A stretch of DNA of 64,000 nt from Candidatus Woesearchaeota archaeon (GTDB taxonomy: Archaea > Nanobdellota > Nanobdellia > Pacearchaeales > GW2011-AR1). The stretch covers positions 423-64,422 of the forward strand of contig CAYHCG010000008.1 in the NCBI GenBank assembly GCA_964355135.1. The letters are read 5' to 3'. Positions within the stretch are counted from its first letter, which is position 1. Every line of letters begins with the position of its first letter. Shown one piece after another: positions 1 to 9,258 of this stretch. Position numbers and translations under genes: made by a program. The notes beneath the pieces were generated by a model. It did no database searches, was not told where the DNA came from, and saw only the letters and a list, made by a program, of their open reading frames with translations.

Positions 1-303
1 AGGTTGACAACTGCCTTGATTTTCTTTTCTCTCTCTTCGTCTCTGAATTCCTGAGTTTTTTGTACTTCGCCTGAAATAATAATTTTTTTAGCAATTTCAT
101 TAATGTCGCTAGTTCCGAAAGCGTCCATTAAATCTTTTTGTGCAGCTATATTTCCTTTTTTAAGATCGTAAAAAATCTGAGGGGATTGCAAGGCAGACAT
201 TATATCTCCTTTTCCGGCTTTTAATTTTAGAGCTGCATCTAAATCTACATCAATTTCATAATGCTTTCCTTTTGCCTTTATTCTTGCCGTAACATTGACC
301 ATG
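1..303 (-). CDS. SBDS-family ribosome maturation protein, partial. The N-terminus is in the window and the C-terminus runs off the window start.
   Basis: Reverse-strand frame starting at ATG 303..301 translates MVNVTARIKAKGKHYEIDVDLDAALKLKAGKGDIMSALQSPQIFYDLKKGNIAAQKDLMDAFGTSDINEIAKKIIISGEVQKT. This matches the SBDS N-terminal pattern (EV.VDP..A...K.G, F.D.KKG, AFGT.D...IA..I...GE.Q.T). Linkage to psmA is typical of the archaeal exosome/proteasome superoperon. Confidence 0.6.
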
Positions 304-490
304 AAAGGAAAAAATGATTAGAGTTAATAAAGATTATTGTTCAACTTTTAGAGTCAGCTCTCTGCAGTAAAGCTTAAATATACTATATTATAAGTTTAGT
401 TAGAATGTCAAGAATCGCTCGTTAAGTTGAGTACTTGATTCTTGAGCATACTCAAGAATTCTTAATTCTTGATATTTTGAGGTAAATAAA

Positions 491-1216
491 ATGGACATTC
501 CAGCAGAAATGCAACATCAGGCAATGGGTTATGACAGAGCAGCTACTATGTTCTCCCCAGATGGACATCTCTTGCAAGTTGAATATGCTGAGAAGACTGT
601 CCGACTTGGAAGCGCGAGTATTGGTATGGTCTGCAAAGATGGAGTTGTTATAGTTGCCGATAAAAGAATCAGAGATAAATTATTAGCTCCTGAATCTGCC
701 CATAAAATTTTCGAAATAGATTATCATATTATGGCTTCTGCTGCAGGAATACTCTCAGACACTAGAATTTTAGTAGACCATTCACAATTACAAGCGCAAC
801 AAAATAGAGTCAGCCTAGGCTCTCCAGTTGAACCTATTGTTATAATAAGAATGATTGCAGATAAAAAACAAATGTTTACCCAATACGGAGGAGCAAGACC
901 TTTTGCAGCTTCCCTTATTGTAGCAGGAGTAAGCAAGGGCAAGGCACACTTGTATACTTCAGATATAACTGGAAATTATTTTGCTTACAAGGCAAATGCT
1001 ATTGGAGAAAACGACGAGAAAATCAAAGAAATTCTAAGAAGAGATTACAAGGAAGATATAACCATTGACGAAGGAATTAAGTTTGCATTGAAAATATTCA
1101 AGGAAATGCTTGAGAAGAACTTTGATTTGAATAGATTTGAAGTGGGCTATATAAAACTCTCAGAAGAAAAGCTGAAGAGAATGCAAGGCGACGACTTGAA
1201 AAAGTATGTCAAATAA
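491..1216 (+). CDS. psmA: proteasome alpha subunit
   Basis: The N-terminus YDRAATMFSPDGHLLQVEYA is the canonical 20S alpha-subunit signature. Length 241 aa. Confidence 0.9.
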   Translation: MDIPAEMQHQAMGYDRAATMFSPDGHLLQVEYAEKTVRLGSASIGMVCKDGVVIVADKRIRDKLLAPESAHKIFEIDYHIMASAAGILSDTRILVDHSQLQAQQNRVSLGSPVEPIVIIRMIADKKQMFTQYGGARPFAASLIVAGVSKGKAHLYTSDITGNYFAYKANAIGENDEKIKEILRRDYKEDITIDEGIKFALKIFKEMLEKNFDLNRFEVGYIKLSEEKLKRMQGDDLKKYVK

Positions 1217-1263
1217 ATTTTTAATAAGCGAGACTTTAAAAATCTCCACCACTTCTATAAATT

Positions 1264-1629
1264 ATGGATTTAAAATGGTTCTTTGGAATTAAACCTTATG
1301 ATCCAAAAAAACGGTTTGGTCTTTTTCTTATATTTATATTTTTAATTCTAGCTATATTGATTATATTTAAGGGGAATTATGTATATGGGTTTGGCATAAT
1401 TGGATTAATGGTCTTTGGTTTTATCATTAATTTGTCTATTGCAAAAACTAGAAATCCTCACAAAAATATGAATATATTTTTTGTAATATTGGGGGCATTA
1501 TTTATTATCTTTGGAATTGCATTAATGACCATTGAATCTTTTATTGCGGGATTGAGCCCTCTTGTTCCAGGGATTTTAATATTCGCATATTCTTTAAACA
1601 ATTTGATAAAGAAGAATCAAAGAAGCTAA
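1264..1629 (+). CDS. hypothetical small membrane protein, 4 predicted TM segments
   Basis: ORF with several hydrophobic helices. No recognisable motif. Confidence 0.35.
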   Translation: MDLKWFFGIKPYDPKKRFGLFLIFIFLILAILIIFKGNYVYGFGIIGLMVFGFIINLSIAKTRNPHKNMNIFFVILGALFIIFGIALMTIESFIAGLSPLVPGILIFAYSLNNLIKKNQRS

Positions 1630-1678
1630 CTTTCTGAATTATAATAAAGATTATAAATTCCATCTTACTGAAGATGAT

Positions 1679-1933
1679 ATGGATAATTCTGTGCCTGATG
1701 ATGTAAAAAATATTATTGGAAATAAAAAGCTAAAGGAAGTTTCAATTAAATTAAAATACAAAAACTGGAGGGGAGAAGTGGGTGAGCGAGAAATCATTCC
1801 AATTTCAATTTATTTTGGTGAAACAGATTTTCATAAAGAAAAACAATGGCTAATGAAAGTCTATGATTTAGATAAAAAGGATTACAGAGACTACGCATTG
1901 AAAGATATTGAAGAGTGGGTTAAATTCCCTTGA
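1679..1933 (+). CDS. hypothetical protein
   Basis: ORF only. Confidence 0.3.
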   Translation: MDNSVPDDVKNIIGNKKLKEVSIKLKYKNWRGEVGEREIIPISIYFGETDFHKEKQWLMKVYDLDKKDYRDYALKDIEEWVKFP

Positions 1934-1935
1934 TT

Positions 1936-2640
1936 TTATTTTTTAGCTACTTTCCATAATAAATCGAAGTGTTTTTTATACATTACTGAGACGAGTTTTG
2001 AATGAATTAAGATGCATACTAAAGAAGGTTCCCAAATATTAATATTGACTTTATCTCCATAAATAAATGTCGCGACAGGCCCACTAAACTCTTCAGAAAC
2101 GTATCTAAGTTCTGTGTAATAAAACGGATCATTTCCTCTTATTGTATAAATTCCGTTATATTGCATTTTATTGTTTTTGACTTGACGCAACCACTGCTCT
2201 GCAAACACTGGCAGTTTCTCTCTGAGCTGGCCACGAACACCAAAAGCATAAAGAGGTTTCTTTTCACGGAGCATATCTCGGAATGCGGCTTTCATACCTT
2301 CTGCCCCTTTGAATATCTCTACTTTGATACCTTCTGATGAAGACTCATAGAGTTTTTTTAGTTCTGGAAATAGATTGTCGAGCAGCTCTTTTTTCTCGTT
2401 GATTAATTCATAGAAATTTATAGGGTCTGTTGAACTATATTTCATTACTTTCCCTTCCTGAAAATAAGTTACCAACCCTTTTTCTTTTAATTGTTCTAAA
2501 ATATCATAGATATTTGTACGATGAAAACCACTTTCATGGGATATCTGCTTAACTGTACAAGTTTTTAATTTGAGAACGGCGCGATAAATAATAACTTCTG
2601 TTTCTGTTAAGCCTAACTTTGTAAGTTCTCGAATTTCCAT
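1936..2640 (-). CDS. TrmB-family transcriptional regulator
   Basis: N-terminal wHTH (LTETEVIIYRAVLKLKTCTVKQISHESGFHRTNIYDILEQLKEKGLV) with a TrmB-like C-terminal domain. Confidence 0.6.
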   Translation of the reverse strand: MEIRELTKLGLTETEVIIYRAVLKLKTCTVKQISHESGFHRTNIYDILEQLKEKGLVTYFQEGKVMKYSSTDPINFYELINEKKELLDNLFPELKKLYESSSEGIKVEIFKGAEGMKAAFRDMLREKKPLYAFGVRGQLREKLPVFAEQWLRQVKNNKMQYNGIYTIRGNDPFYYTELRYVSEEFSGPVATFIYGDKVNINIWEPSLVCILIHSKLVSVMYKKHFDLLWKVAKK

Positions 2641-2724
2641 CTCTAATTTAATTATTAAAGTTATTTAAAGTTGTCTAATGTTAGACACACATTGTTTAAG
2701 TATCTTTCCTTTTGTCGTCACTTT

Positions 2725-3561
2725 ATGATAACGGATTATTCAGAAGGGTGGAATAAGAGAAATGTGCGTTATGAAGAAATCCATAACGTGCCATTAGAAG
2801 ATCTCGCATTAATGGTTCAGAGTCTGGACTTTCAAGACGGAGATATATTCGCAGATCTTATGTGCGGTTATGGCGCAGTGACCAAGGCAGCCCTAGATTA
2901 TTGCGCTTTGGAAGGCATTAAAATTAAACCTATTCTTGTTGATATGTATAAAGAACAGATTCAAAGAAGCTGTGCTGAACTTCCAGATACTCAAATTATT
3001 AGACTATGTGAAGATAGCCGTTCTTTGAGTTTGCCAGATAATTCTGCGGATAGAATTGCTATCAAAATGGGATTGCATGAAGTTCCTAGAAAAGATCAAT
3101 ATAGAGTAATTGCCCAGGTTTATCGTGCATTGAAACCAGGAGGAAAATTTGTTATTTGGGAAATAATGCCTAAAACACATATTGAACAATTATTATTTCA
3201 GACTATTGTCCGAGAAAAGGATCGTCTTTCTGGATTTCCAGGTCTTGCAGTTAATCGTTATTTGCCTAGAGAAGAAGAATTGAGAGTGTGCTTGCAGAAT
3301 GCAGGTTTTAGCGATATTGAATTAATTAAAGAAATGCGTTACACCCTCTCAAGCGAAAAGCGATTGTATGCAGAACTTGGGGGAGACGAAGGTAAACTCG
3401 AAGAATGGAACGAATTTATTCGAGCGATTGTTCCAGACAACGTAAAAGATGAAATTAATTTTTCAGATAAGGGCTATACTATAGAAGCTACTTTCCGTAA
3501 AGGTATCTTGAAGGCCGTAAAGCCTTACTCAAGTTCTAAAGATGAAAGGGGGAATATGTAA
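2725..3561 (+). CDS. class I SAM-dependent methyltransferase
   Basis: Motif I DLMCGYGAVT and post-II LKPGGKFVIWE. The most likely start is MITDYSEGW, an internal Met of the listed ORF. Confidence 0.6.
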   Translation: MITDYSEGWNKRNVRYEEIHNVPLEDLALMVQSLDFQDGDIFADLMCGYGAVTKAALDYCALEGIKIKPILVDMYKEQIQRSCAELPDTQIIRLCEDSRSLSLPDNSADRIAIKMGLHEVPRKDQYRVIAQVYRALKPGGKFVIWEIMPKTHIEQLLFQTIVREKDRLSGFPGLAVNRYLPREEELRVCLQNAGFSDIELIKEMRYTLSSEKRLYAELGGDEGKLEEWNEFIRAIVPDNVKDEINFSDKGYTIEATFRKGILKAVKPYSSSKDERGNM

Positions 3562-3802
3562 AATGGAATACCAACCAAAACAAATTGCTGATATGATCCG
3601 AGCATACGAATCTCTTGCTGGTTCAGTTAAAGAACTTGTTTTTTACACAGAACGAGGCCCTATTAAAAAACATGAGTGGTCTGCTCGGATAAACAGTGCT
3701 TTAGATACTTATAAGGCCCAGGTTCCTCAAGAAGTACAAGAAGATCTGAAAGAAGAGTTTAAAGGACTTATGGCAAGGTTGCAAGAAGATTCTTTCGATT
3801 AA
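3542..3802 (+). CDS. hypothetical protein
   Basis: ORF. The likely start is MEYQPKQ at 3563. Confidence 0.3.
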   Translation: MKGGICKMEYQPKQIADMIRAYESLAGSVKELVFYTERGPIKKHEWSARINSALDTYKAQVPQEVQEDLKEEFKGLMARLQEDSFD

Positions 3803-3829
3803 GTGCTATAGAGATTATTAATAAACGTC

Positions 3830-4258
3830 TTAAGGCAAATTGAAAACTTTTCTAAATATTAAGCTACTGACGAAGGCAGAACCTATGTAATACCAGATCC
3901 ATTTTCCACCAATGGCTGTTTCAGCGTAAATTCCTTTAATGAATCCGATGAGAAGAATTATTGGAATGAATGTGATTATCATCGGTTTGAAAGAATGTTT
4001 CATCATTTCCATTGTGTGAGACATCATTTCTTTATTTAACTCCATCATCTTAGCATGATTTCCTGCCTTTTGATGTTCTTTTATTTGCAACTGCAGCGCT
4101 TTCTGCTTTGCTTTTATCCCTCTGACTTTTTCTTTGTCAATGATAAAATAGTTTATTAAACTGATAAGGAAAGAAACTACAAATCCGATTATGATTATAC
4201 TTATTATGGGATTTAGTTGTATAAGAGAAATTATATCTACCATTTTTATAGAAGACAA
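3830..4258 (-). CDS. DUF106 / EMC3-Oxa1-like archaeal membrane insertase homolog
   Basis: Three TM segments with a coiled-coil KQKALQLQIKEHQKAG segment. Lies directly next to secY, as in archaeal secY-adk-DUF106-cmk clusters. Confidence 0.5.
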   Translation of the reverse strand: MSSIKMVDIISLIQLNPIISIIIIGFVVSFLISLINYFIIDKEKVRGIKAKQKALQLQIKEHQKAGNHAKMMELNKEMMSHTMEMMKHSFKPMIITFIPIILLIGFIKGIYAETAIGGKWIWYYIGSAFVSSLIFRKVFNLP

Positions 4259-4297
4259 ATAGTGTTTTTAAACCTGCTGAAAGATGGATCTTATACA

Positions 4298-5689
4298 TTA
4301 ACCCATCATCTTTCGCAGCGCTGGATGCATGTCTAATGCGTGTTGCTGGGCAATGCTCTGATATAACTGATAAATAATCATGACTGCAAGTAGAATGGAA
4401 GTTCCGCCTGTCAATGCCCCTAACAAGTCCGCGGTTGAGGCTAATAGGCCGACTGCGATACCTCCCATGATGGTTAAAGGCAGGACATATCTCTTTAGTA
4501 TTGATTCTAAAACTCTTGGATCTTTTCTAAATCCAGGGATTTGCAAACCTGAAGAAAGAATATTCTTTGCCTGGGAAGTTTCATCCATTCCAGAAGTCTT
4601 TACCCAGAATACTGCGAAAATTGCTGAGAATGTTGCATAGAATAGGATATGGATAACTGCCTGTAAGATGAAACTAGATTGAAGGCTTCCTCTTATTATT
4701 CCTTCAATGATGTTTGTGCTTCCTATCCAGAAAGCTAAACCTGACACCGCTGTTCCCTGAGAAAAGCCGCCCAAGAAAGTAGGATGACCTACCCAGTTTT
4801 GTATTAAGTTTCCAAATAGAGTTATATTGGCGACTAAAGCAGCTGCTAGAATAACTGGAATGTTAGAGGAATAGAAAAATGCTAAAGGCCATTTTACTCC
4901 ATAGCCACGTAGTCTTTCATAGGTAAGCGGGATCTCAACTTTAAGACTTTGCGCCCAGACGACAACTAAGAAAATCAAAATTGTCGCCGCAATTATCGCT
5001 CCGGAAGCTAATGCCTCTGTTGGCGCCCCGTTAATAAATGACTGCAAGATAACCAATACATGTCCTGAGCAAGGAGTGTTAGAGAAATCAAATAGGCAAT
5101 TTTCTCCTGTTGGGCCTATAAACTGGAATAAGCCTGCAAATAAAGATCCTGCCACGTTAGCTACTATAAACAAGGAGACTCCTGAACCGAATCCATATTT
5201 CTGCACAACTTCGTCCATGAATACTATTGCCAAACCGCCCAACATAAGCTGGAATATCAGAATGGTAGTATATCCTGGGACGGCCTGTAATCCTCCCATT
5301 AAGACGTACACTAATGCTTCAAATATGATGAAAAAGAATACTCCTACTTTCTGCAAACCTTGAAAATATTTCTTTCCTTCAGGAGTTTTTACGTCAATTG
5401 ATAAAATCCCTGATCCCACCAATAATTGAAGGATAATAGATGACATTACTATAGGGCCTATACCAAGGCTGATGATACTACCAAATTGAGAAGCGAGAAC
5501 GAGCTGCAAGAACTCAAGATTAACTAAAGCATTTGTGGACAAACCGTATAGGGAGATATTTCCTAAAACGAAGAATAAAGCAAGAATGGCCAGAGTCCAT
5601 TTTAATTTTGTATTAAAGCTTAGCTTCTTTTCAACTGGCTTTTTTACTTCCGGAATATTATAAAATATACTCTTTAAATCGAAAGGCAT
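4298..5689 (-). CDS. secY: preprotein translocase subunit SecY
   Basis: 463-aa protein with 10 TM segments. SecY plug/TM2 region GIGPIVMSSIILQLL. Start MPFDLKSIFYNIPEV. Confidence 0.9.
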   Translation of the reverse strand: MPFDLKSIFYNIPEVKKPVEKKLSFNTKLKWTLAILALFFVLGNISLYGLSTNALVNLEFLQLVLASQFGSIISLGIGPIVMSSIILQLLVGSGILSIDVKTPEGKKYFQGLQKVGVFFFIIFEALVYVLMGGLQAVPGYTTILIFQLMLGGLAIVFMDEVVQKYGFGSGVSLFIVANVAGSLFAGLFQFIGPTGENCLFDFSNTPCSGHVLVILQSFINGAPTEALASGAIIAATILIFLVVVWAQSLKVEIPLTYERLRGYGVKWPLAFFYSSNIPVILAAALVANITLFGNLIQNWVGHPTFLGGFSQGTAVSGLAFWIGSTNIIEGIIRGSLQSSFILQAVIHILFYATFSAIFAVFWVKTSGMDETSQAKNILSSGLQIPGFRKDPRVLESILKRYVLPLTIMGGIAVGLLASTADLLGALTGGTSILLAVMIIYQLYQSIAQQHALDMHPALRKMMG

Positions 5690-5785
5690 TAATTTCTTAG
5701 AAAAACAGGCTTTTTAAAAGTTAGGTATTTATTGATTTTTTATAAGTAGTAAATAATAAGCTAAAAACTTTGCAGAATCTGTAAT

Positions 5786-6031
5786 TTAATTACTGCTTTG
5801 CGATTTTATGAGAATTATTGTGAAGCCTATTATTCTGAAGTTTGTTTTCAGTTTTAGTTTCTCCTGAATTTCTAAAGCCATCTTTTCTATGTTTTCTCTA
5901 TTTCTGCCTGAAGAAGGCAGGACAGAAATCCTGATCTGCCTGTGATTTGCAAGAGCTAAAGCTAAAGACTCTATTACTCCGGGAGTTATCCCGTTTTTTC
6001 CGATCTGAAATTTTGTTAAATTTGTTTTCAT
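5786..6031 (-). CDS. CRM-domain (YhbY/CRS1-like) RNA-binding protein
   Basis: GKNGITPGVIESLALALANHRQIRISVL matches the YhbY GxxGxT..V core. Confidence 0.55.
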   Translation of the reverse strand: MKTNLTKFQIGKNGITPGVIESLALALANHRQIRISVLPSSGRNRENIEKMALEIQEKLKLKTNFRIIGFTIILIKSQSSN

Positions 6032-6606
6032 TTTTCTCTCACTATTGTAACTCCTCCGGGTGGAAGAGCAGACAGTATTTCATCAGGACTGAAATGCTCG
6101 TGCATACTGACTTGTAGTTTAAGAAGCATGCTGCTTTTATCTACTTTTCCTGGCCTTATTTTAATAGCATTTTTCTTAGAAGATTGAGGAACTGCTCTTA
6201 GTTTTCCTTCTTGTTTTGTCAAAACTAGCTGAAGAGGGACCATTTTCCTTTTAATCTCGCCTTTAACTCCCCACGTGCCTGATTTCATTGCAACAGTCTT
6301 GTAAAGTTGAGACAAATAAAAAATATCTATCACTGTAGTTTTCTTCATTTCTTTCCATGCTCTACTGAAACACCCTGTAAATATTGCTGTTTCTTCTATA
6401 TCTTGCTGGTCTACCTTTTCAATACTGTCGAGAATAATGCAGAAAGGACTTCCAGGAGAGGATGTATGCATGACTATAAATTCGGTATGGAGAGACTTTA
6501 CTTTTTTCAATAATTCATCATTTTGCAAAGAGGATTTTCCGCCCACCACTAATTTTGAAGATGAAGTGAAAAACCATCTATATTTTTTATAATCTATAGT
6601 GTTCAT
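6028..6606 (-). CDS. NFACT-R (DUF814) domain RNA-binding protein
   Basis: YRWFFTSSSKLVVGGKSSLQNDELL....HTSSPGSPFCIIL matches the NFACT-R / Tae2 C-terminal motif. Confidence 0.5.
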   Translation of the reverse strand: MNTIDYKKYRWFFTSSSKLVVGGKSSLQNDELLKKVKSLHTEFIVMHTSSPGSPFCIILDSIEKVDQQDIEETAIFTGCFSRAWKEMKKTTVIDIFYLSQLYKTVAMKSGTWGVKGEIKRKMVPLQLVLTKQEGKLRAVPQSSKKNAIKIRPGKVDKSSMLLKLQVSMHEHFSPDEILSALPPGGVTIVREK

Positions 6607-6658
6607 GAAAATTCTAGATTGGCGGCGTTTTTAAAGGTGCTTATTTAGAATAGAAAAA

Positions 6659-7255
6659 TTAGAAGAAACCCTTTTCTTGGATTTCAACGATGAAGTAATT
6701 GCCTGCGTAATAACTACTTTCTCCAGTCTCTTTTACTTCTATGTATACTTTCTGAGTACAAAGAGGGACTGCATCAGGAACGTTTAATTGTATGACTGCA
6801 AATGCCTGTGAACCCTCGAACTTGTCAAATCTTCTGTCTGGTGTTCCAAGAGGAGTAAGGAAGAGTTTCTCTGTTTCCGTATCCCCGTAAACTTGGTAAC
6901 AGTTGCCTGGAGTATCTTCATCCAGAGTTATCTTATATTTTATATCGTCTGCTGCTGTGATCGCAGAACGATCTGTTTTTCTTGCCCCTATGCCTACGCT
7001 AAAGGGTCCGGAATCCTGCTTTATTTTTGCTGTTTGGTCTGCTCCAAGCTTAACCACAATGTCAGATCCTTCATCAGAGAATAAAGAAGTTATCTCTTCT
7101 AAGACTTTATCGTTTGAAAGATCAACAACGCCTGTGGCTCCTTTGAATATGTTTCTGATAAGAGCTATTCCTAAAACTAACATCGACATAGCAAGAACTA
7201 TGATTACTACTGTTCCAATAGAGAGTTCAATCGCCGCTTTTTTATTTTTCTTCAT
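6659..7255 (-). CDS. pilin-like secreted protein with a class III (type IV prepilin-like) signal peptide
   Basis: MKKNKKAAIELSIGTVVIIVLAMSMLVLGIALI: a basic N-terminus, a hydrophobic helix, and a Glu near the cleavage site. Confidence 0.4.
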   Translation of the reverse strand: MKKNKKAAIELSIGTVVIIVLAMSMLVLGIALIRNIFKGATGVVDLSNDKVLEEITSLFSDEGSDIVVKLGADQTAKIKQDSGPFSVGIGARKTDRSAITAADDIKYKITLDEDTPGNCYQVYGDTETEKLFLTPLGTPDRRFDKFEGSQAFAVIQLNVPDAVPLCTQKVYIEVKETGESSYYAGNYFIVEIQEKGFF

Positions 7256-7259
7256 TTTA

Positions 7260-7538
7260 TTAAGGCAAATTTGCGCCGGGAATCAAATTAAGATTTTTAT
7301 AATAGAATACTGTAAGGATTATAACTATTATACTTAGAATTATTCCTATAATTGCCAGCATCTTGCCTTTTCTTCCCCATACGGTTGGATGACGGGACTG
7401 CTGTTTATTAGCAAATATCAAAGCGATGATTCCCAAGATTATTCCATTAATTGAAGCAAATACTATACTAAATATTCCTAAAACGACAGAAGCAATTCCA
7501 AAACTATTATCTGTACTTTTACTAACCTCTTTCACCAT
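7260..7538 (-). CDS. small membrane protein (two TM)
   Basis: ORF with two hydrophobic helices. Confidence 0.3.
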   Translation of the reverse strand: MVKEVSKSTDNSFGIASVVLGIFSIVFASINGIILGIIALIFANKQQSRHPTVWGRKGKMLAIIGIILSIIVIILTVFYYKNLNLIPGANLP

Positions 7539-7621
7539 TGAGTGTTAAAGAATATTGTTTTTATAAAGGTTTCTTTAGAAAGATAGAAAGATTTATATAT
7601 TATTAAATATTATATAATAAT

Positions 7622-7760
7622 ATGAAAGAAAAATTTGTTAAGATAGTAAGAAAGAATGGAGATAGCCTCGCGATCAATATCCCGAAGGAAGTGATAGATA
7701 TAATGAAGATAACTGAAGGAGATATAATCAGAGTTGAAATCGAGAAGGTTAAAGGATAAT
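7622..7760 (+). CDS. AbrB/MazE/SpoVT-type swapped-hairpin DNA-binding protein (antitoxin-like), 45 aa
   Basis: Translates MKEKFVKIVRKNGDSLAINIPKEVIDIMKITEGDIIRVEIEKVKG. Not in the ORF track because it is under 60 aa. Its stop overlaps the next gene's ATG. Confidence 0.5.
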
Positions 7761-8556
7761 GAAAAATTATGAAATCTTAAATAAATCTGACAGAAAAAGA
7801 CGGATAAAAATCCCTGAGAGACATAGTGAGCTTGCAGAGCTCCTAGGCATTTTAACAGGAGATGGTTTTATGAATTACTATCCTAAGAGACAGGCATATA
7901 TTATTGGAATTGCCGGAAACAAATTGAAAGATTTAGAATATCTAGAAAACTTTACCAGCAAATTAATTAAAAATTTATTCAATTTAAGCCCCAGATTATA
8001 TTTACATAAAAGCCAAAATACTGCAAGTTTAGTCTTTCGTTCTAAGAGCATTTTTTATTTTCTTGAAGAATGTGGTTTTCCGACTGGAAGAAAGGGAGAA
8101 ATATCAATTCCAAAATGGATCTTAGAGAATCCTGATTTCTTTAAAAAATTCATTAGAGGCGTATTTGATACAGATGGACACTTATGTTTAAAGAATAAAG
8201 AGGGTAAAAAATATCCTGTTATTGGAATAACTTCAAAAAGTAAATCTTTATTGTTTCCGATAAAAGAATTTTTAAATTCATACGGGATAACTTCTTATCT
8301 GGGGAGCCATAGGGCGGACACAAGTAATAAGAAATTTATCGTTAATAGGGTTCAGATAAGTGGTCAGAAAAATATAGGATTGTTCTTTGATCAGGTTGGG
8401 TCAAATAACCCAAGAAATTTAATGAAGTATATGGAAATGGCCCCGGGGGGAATCGAACCCTCTTACAACGAGCTTCAGTCGTTTGCATTCCCATTATGCT
8501 ACAGGGCCTCCTTGTCCTTGAAATTGAGAGAAGAGAAGACTTTTAAATGTTTTTAA
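7759..8556 (+). CDS. LAGLIDADG-family homing endonuclease (double motif). The 3' end may be read-through.
   Basis: Two motifs, LLGILTGDGFM and FIRGVFDTDGHL, both keeping the acidic residues. The last ~40 codons are antisense to a tRNA-Phe. Confidence 0.7.
   Translation: MKNYEILNKSDRKRRIKIPERHSELAELLGILTGDGFMNYYPKRQAYIIGIAGNKLKDLEYLENFTSKLIKNLFNLSPRLYLHKSQNTASLVFRSKSIFYFLEECGFPTGRKGEISIPKWILENPDFFKKFIRGVFDTDGHLCLKNKEGKKYPVIGITSKSKSLLFPIKEFLNSYGITSYLGSHRADTSNKKFIVNRVQISGQKNIGLFFDQVGSNNPRNLMKYMEMAPGGIEPSYNELQSFAFPLCYRASLSLKLREEKTFKCF
8438..8508 (-). tRNA. tRNA-Phe (GAA), no encoded CCA
   Basis: Hand-folded cloverleaf. Acceptor GGCCCTG/CGGGGCC (one G-U pair), D-stem GCAT/ATGC, anticodon stem AACGA/TCGTT, loop CTGAAGC (anticodon GAA, G37), T-loop TTCGATT. 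There is one A-C mismatch in the T-stem. A TATA-like ATTTAAAAG lies about 30 nt upstream. Confidence 0.5.
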
Positions 8557-8590
8557 ACAGATTTTTATAATGTAAAGAGCGTATGTAAGC

Positions 8591-9184
8591 ATGAAAACTA
8601 AGCTTATGTTTGAACTAAAAAGAAAGGCAGTTCATATTCTCGCCTTGCTATTTTTAGCAATCTATATTATCGTCCGGAGATATTCTGGGAAAGGCATTGC
8701 TTTATTATCTTTAACCTTGATTTTGATATTATTTTTAATTCTGGACTACTTTAGGATTATCAGAAAGAAAAAGATACCTTTCTTTCATATTTTCTGGAGA
8801 GAGAGTGAGAGAAGCAGATTAGGCGGCAATGTTTACTTTATAATGGGGACTGTAGTTTCTTTTGCGATTTTTGATTTTTGGATCGCTTTAACTGCCCTTT
8901 TGATGACTGTTTTTGGGGATACTGCTGCCGCGTTGTTTGGAATAAAATTTGGGAAGATATTTCTCAAAAGCAATAAAAACAAAACGTGGGAAGGCGCGAC
9001 CGCAGAGCTTGTAGTTAACTTACTTATCGGTTTATTACTGCTCCATAACTTAGCGGTCGCAATTGGCATGGCCTTGGCAGCAACTTTGGTTGAAACCTTC
9101 TTCACAAAGGTAGATGATAACTTTGCCGTGCCCATTATATCTGGATTTATTGGAGAACTTTTAAATTTGGTAATCAGATTATGA
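8591..9184 (+). CDS. CTP-dependent polyprenyl kinase / CDP-archaeol synthase-like membrane protein (CdsA/SEC59/CarS family)
   Basis: Multi-TM protein with a KTWEGATAE motif typical of the CdsA/dolichol kinase family. Confidence 0.45.
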   Translation: MKTKLMFELKRKAVHILALLFLAIYIIVRRYSGKGIALLSLTLILILFLILDYFRIIRKKKIPFFHIFWRESERSRLGGNVYFIMGTVVSFAIFDFWIALTALLMTVFGDTAAALFGIKFGKIFLKSNKNKTWEGATAELVVNLLIGLLLLHNLAVAIGMALAATLVETFFTKVDDNFAVPIISGFIGELLNLVIRL

Positions 9185-9258
9185 TAACTATGAAAAAATA
9201 CCTCCTGACGAGAAATAAAACTAACAAAGTTTAAATAAATGGAAATTGTCTTTTAATT

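Noticed and set aside
4380-5363. ORFs 4380..4640 and 5076..5363 antisense to secY
   Set aside because: They lie within a highly conserved gene. Spurious.
8833-9135. ORF antisense to the CdsA-like gene
   Set aside because: Overlaps a multi-TM coding region entirely. Spurious.
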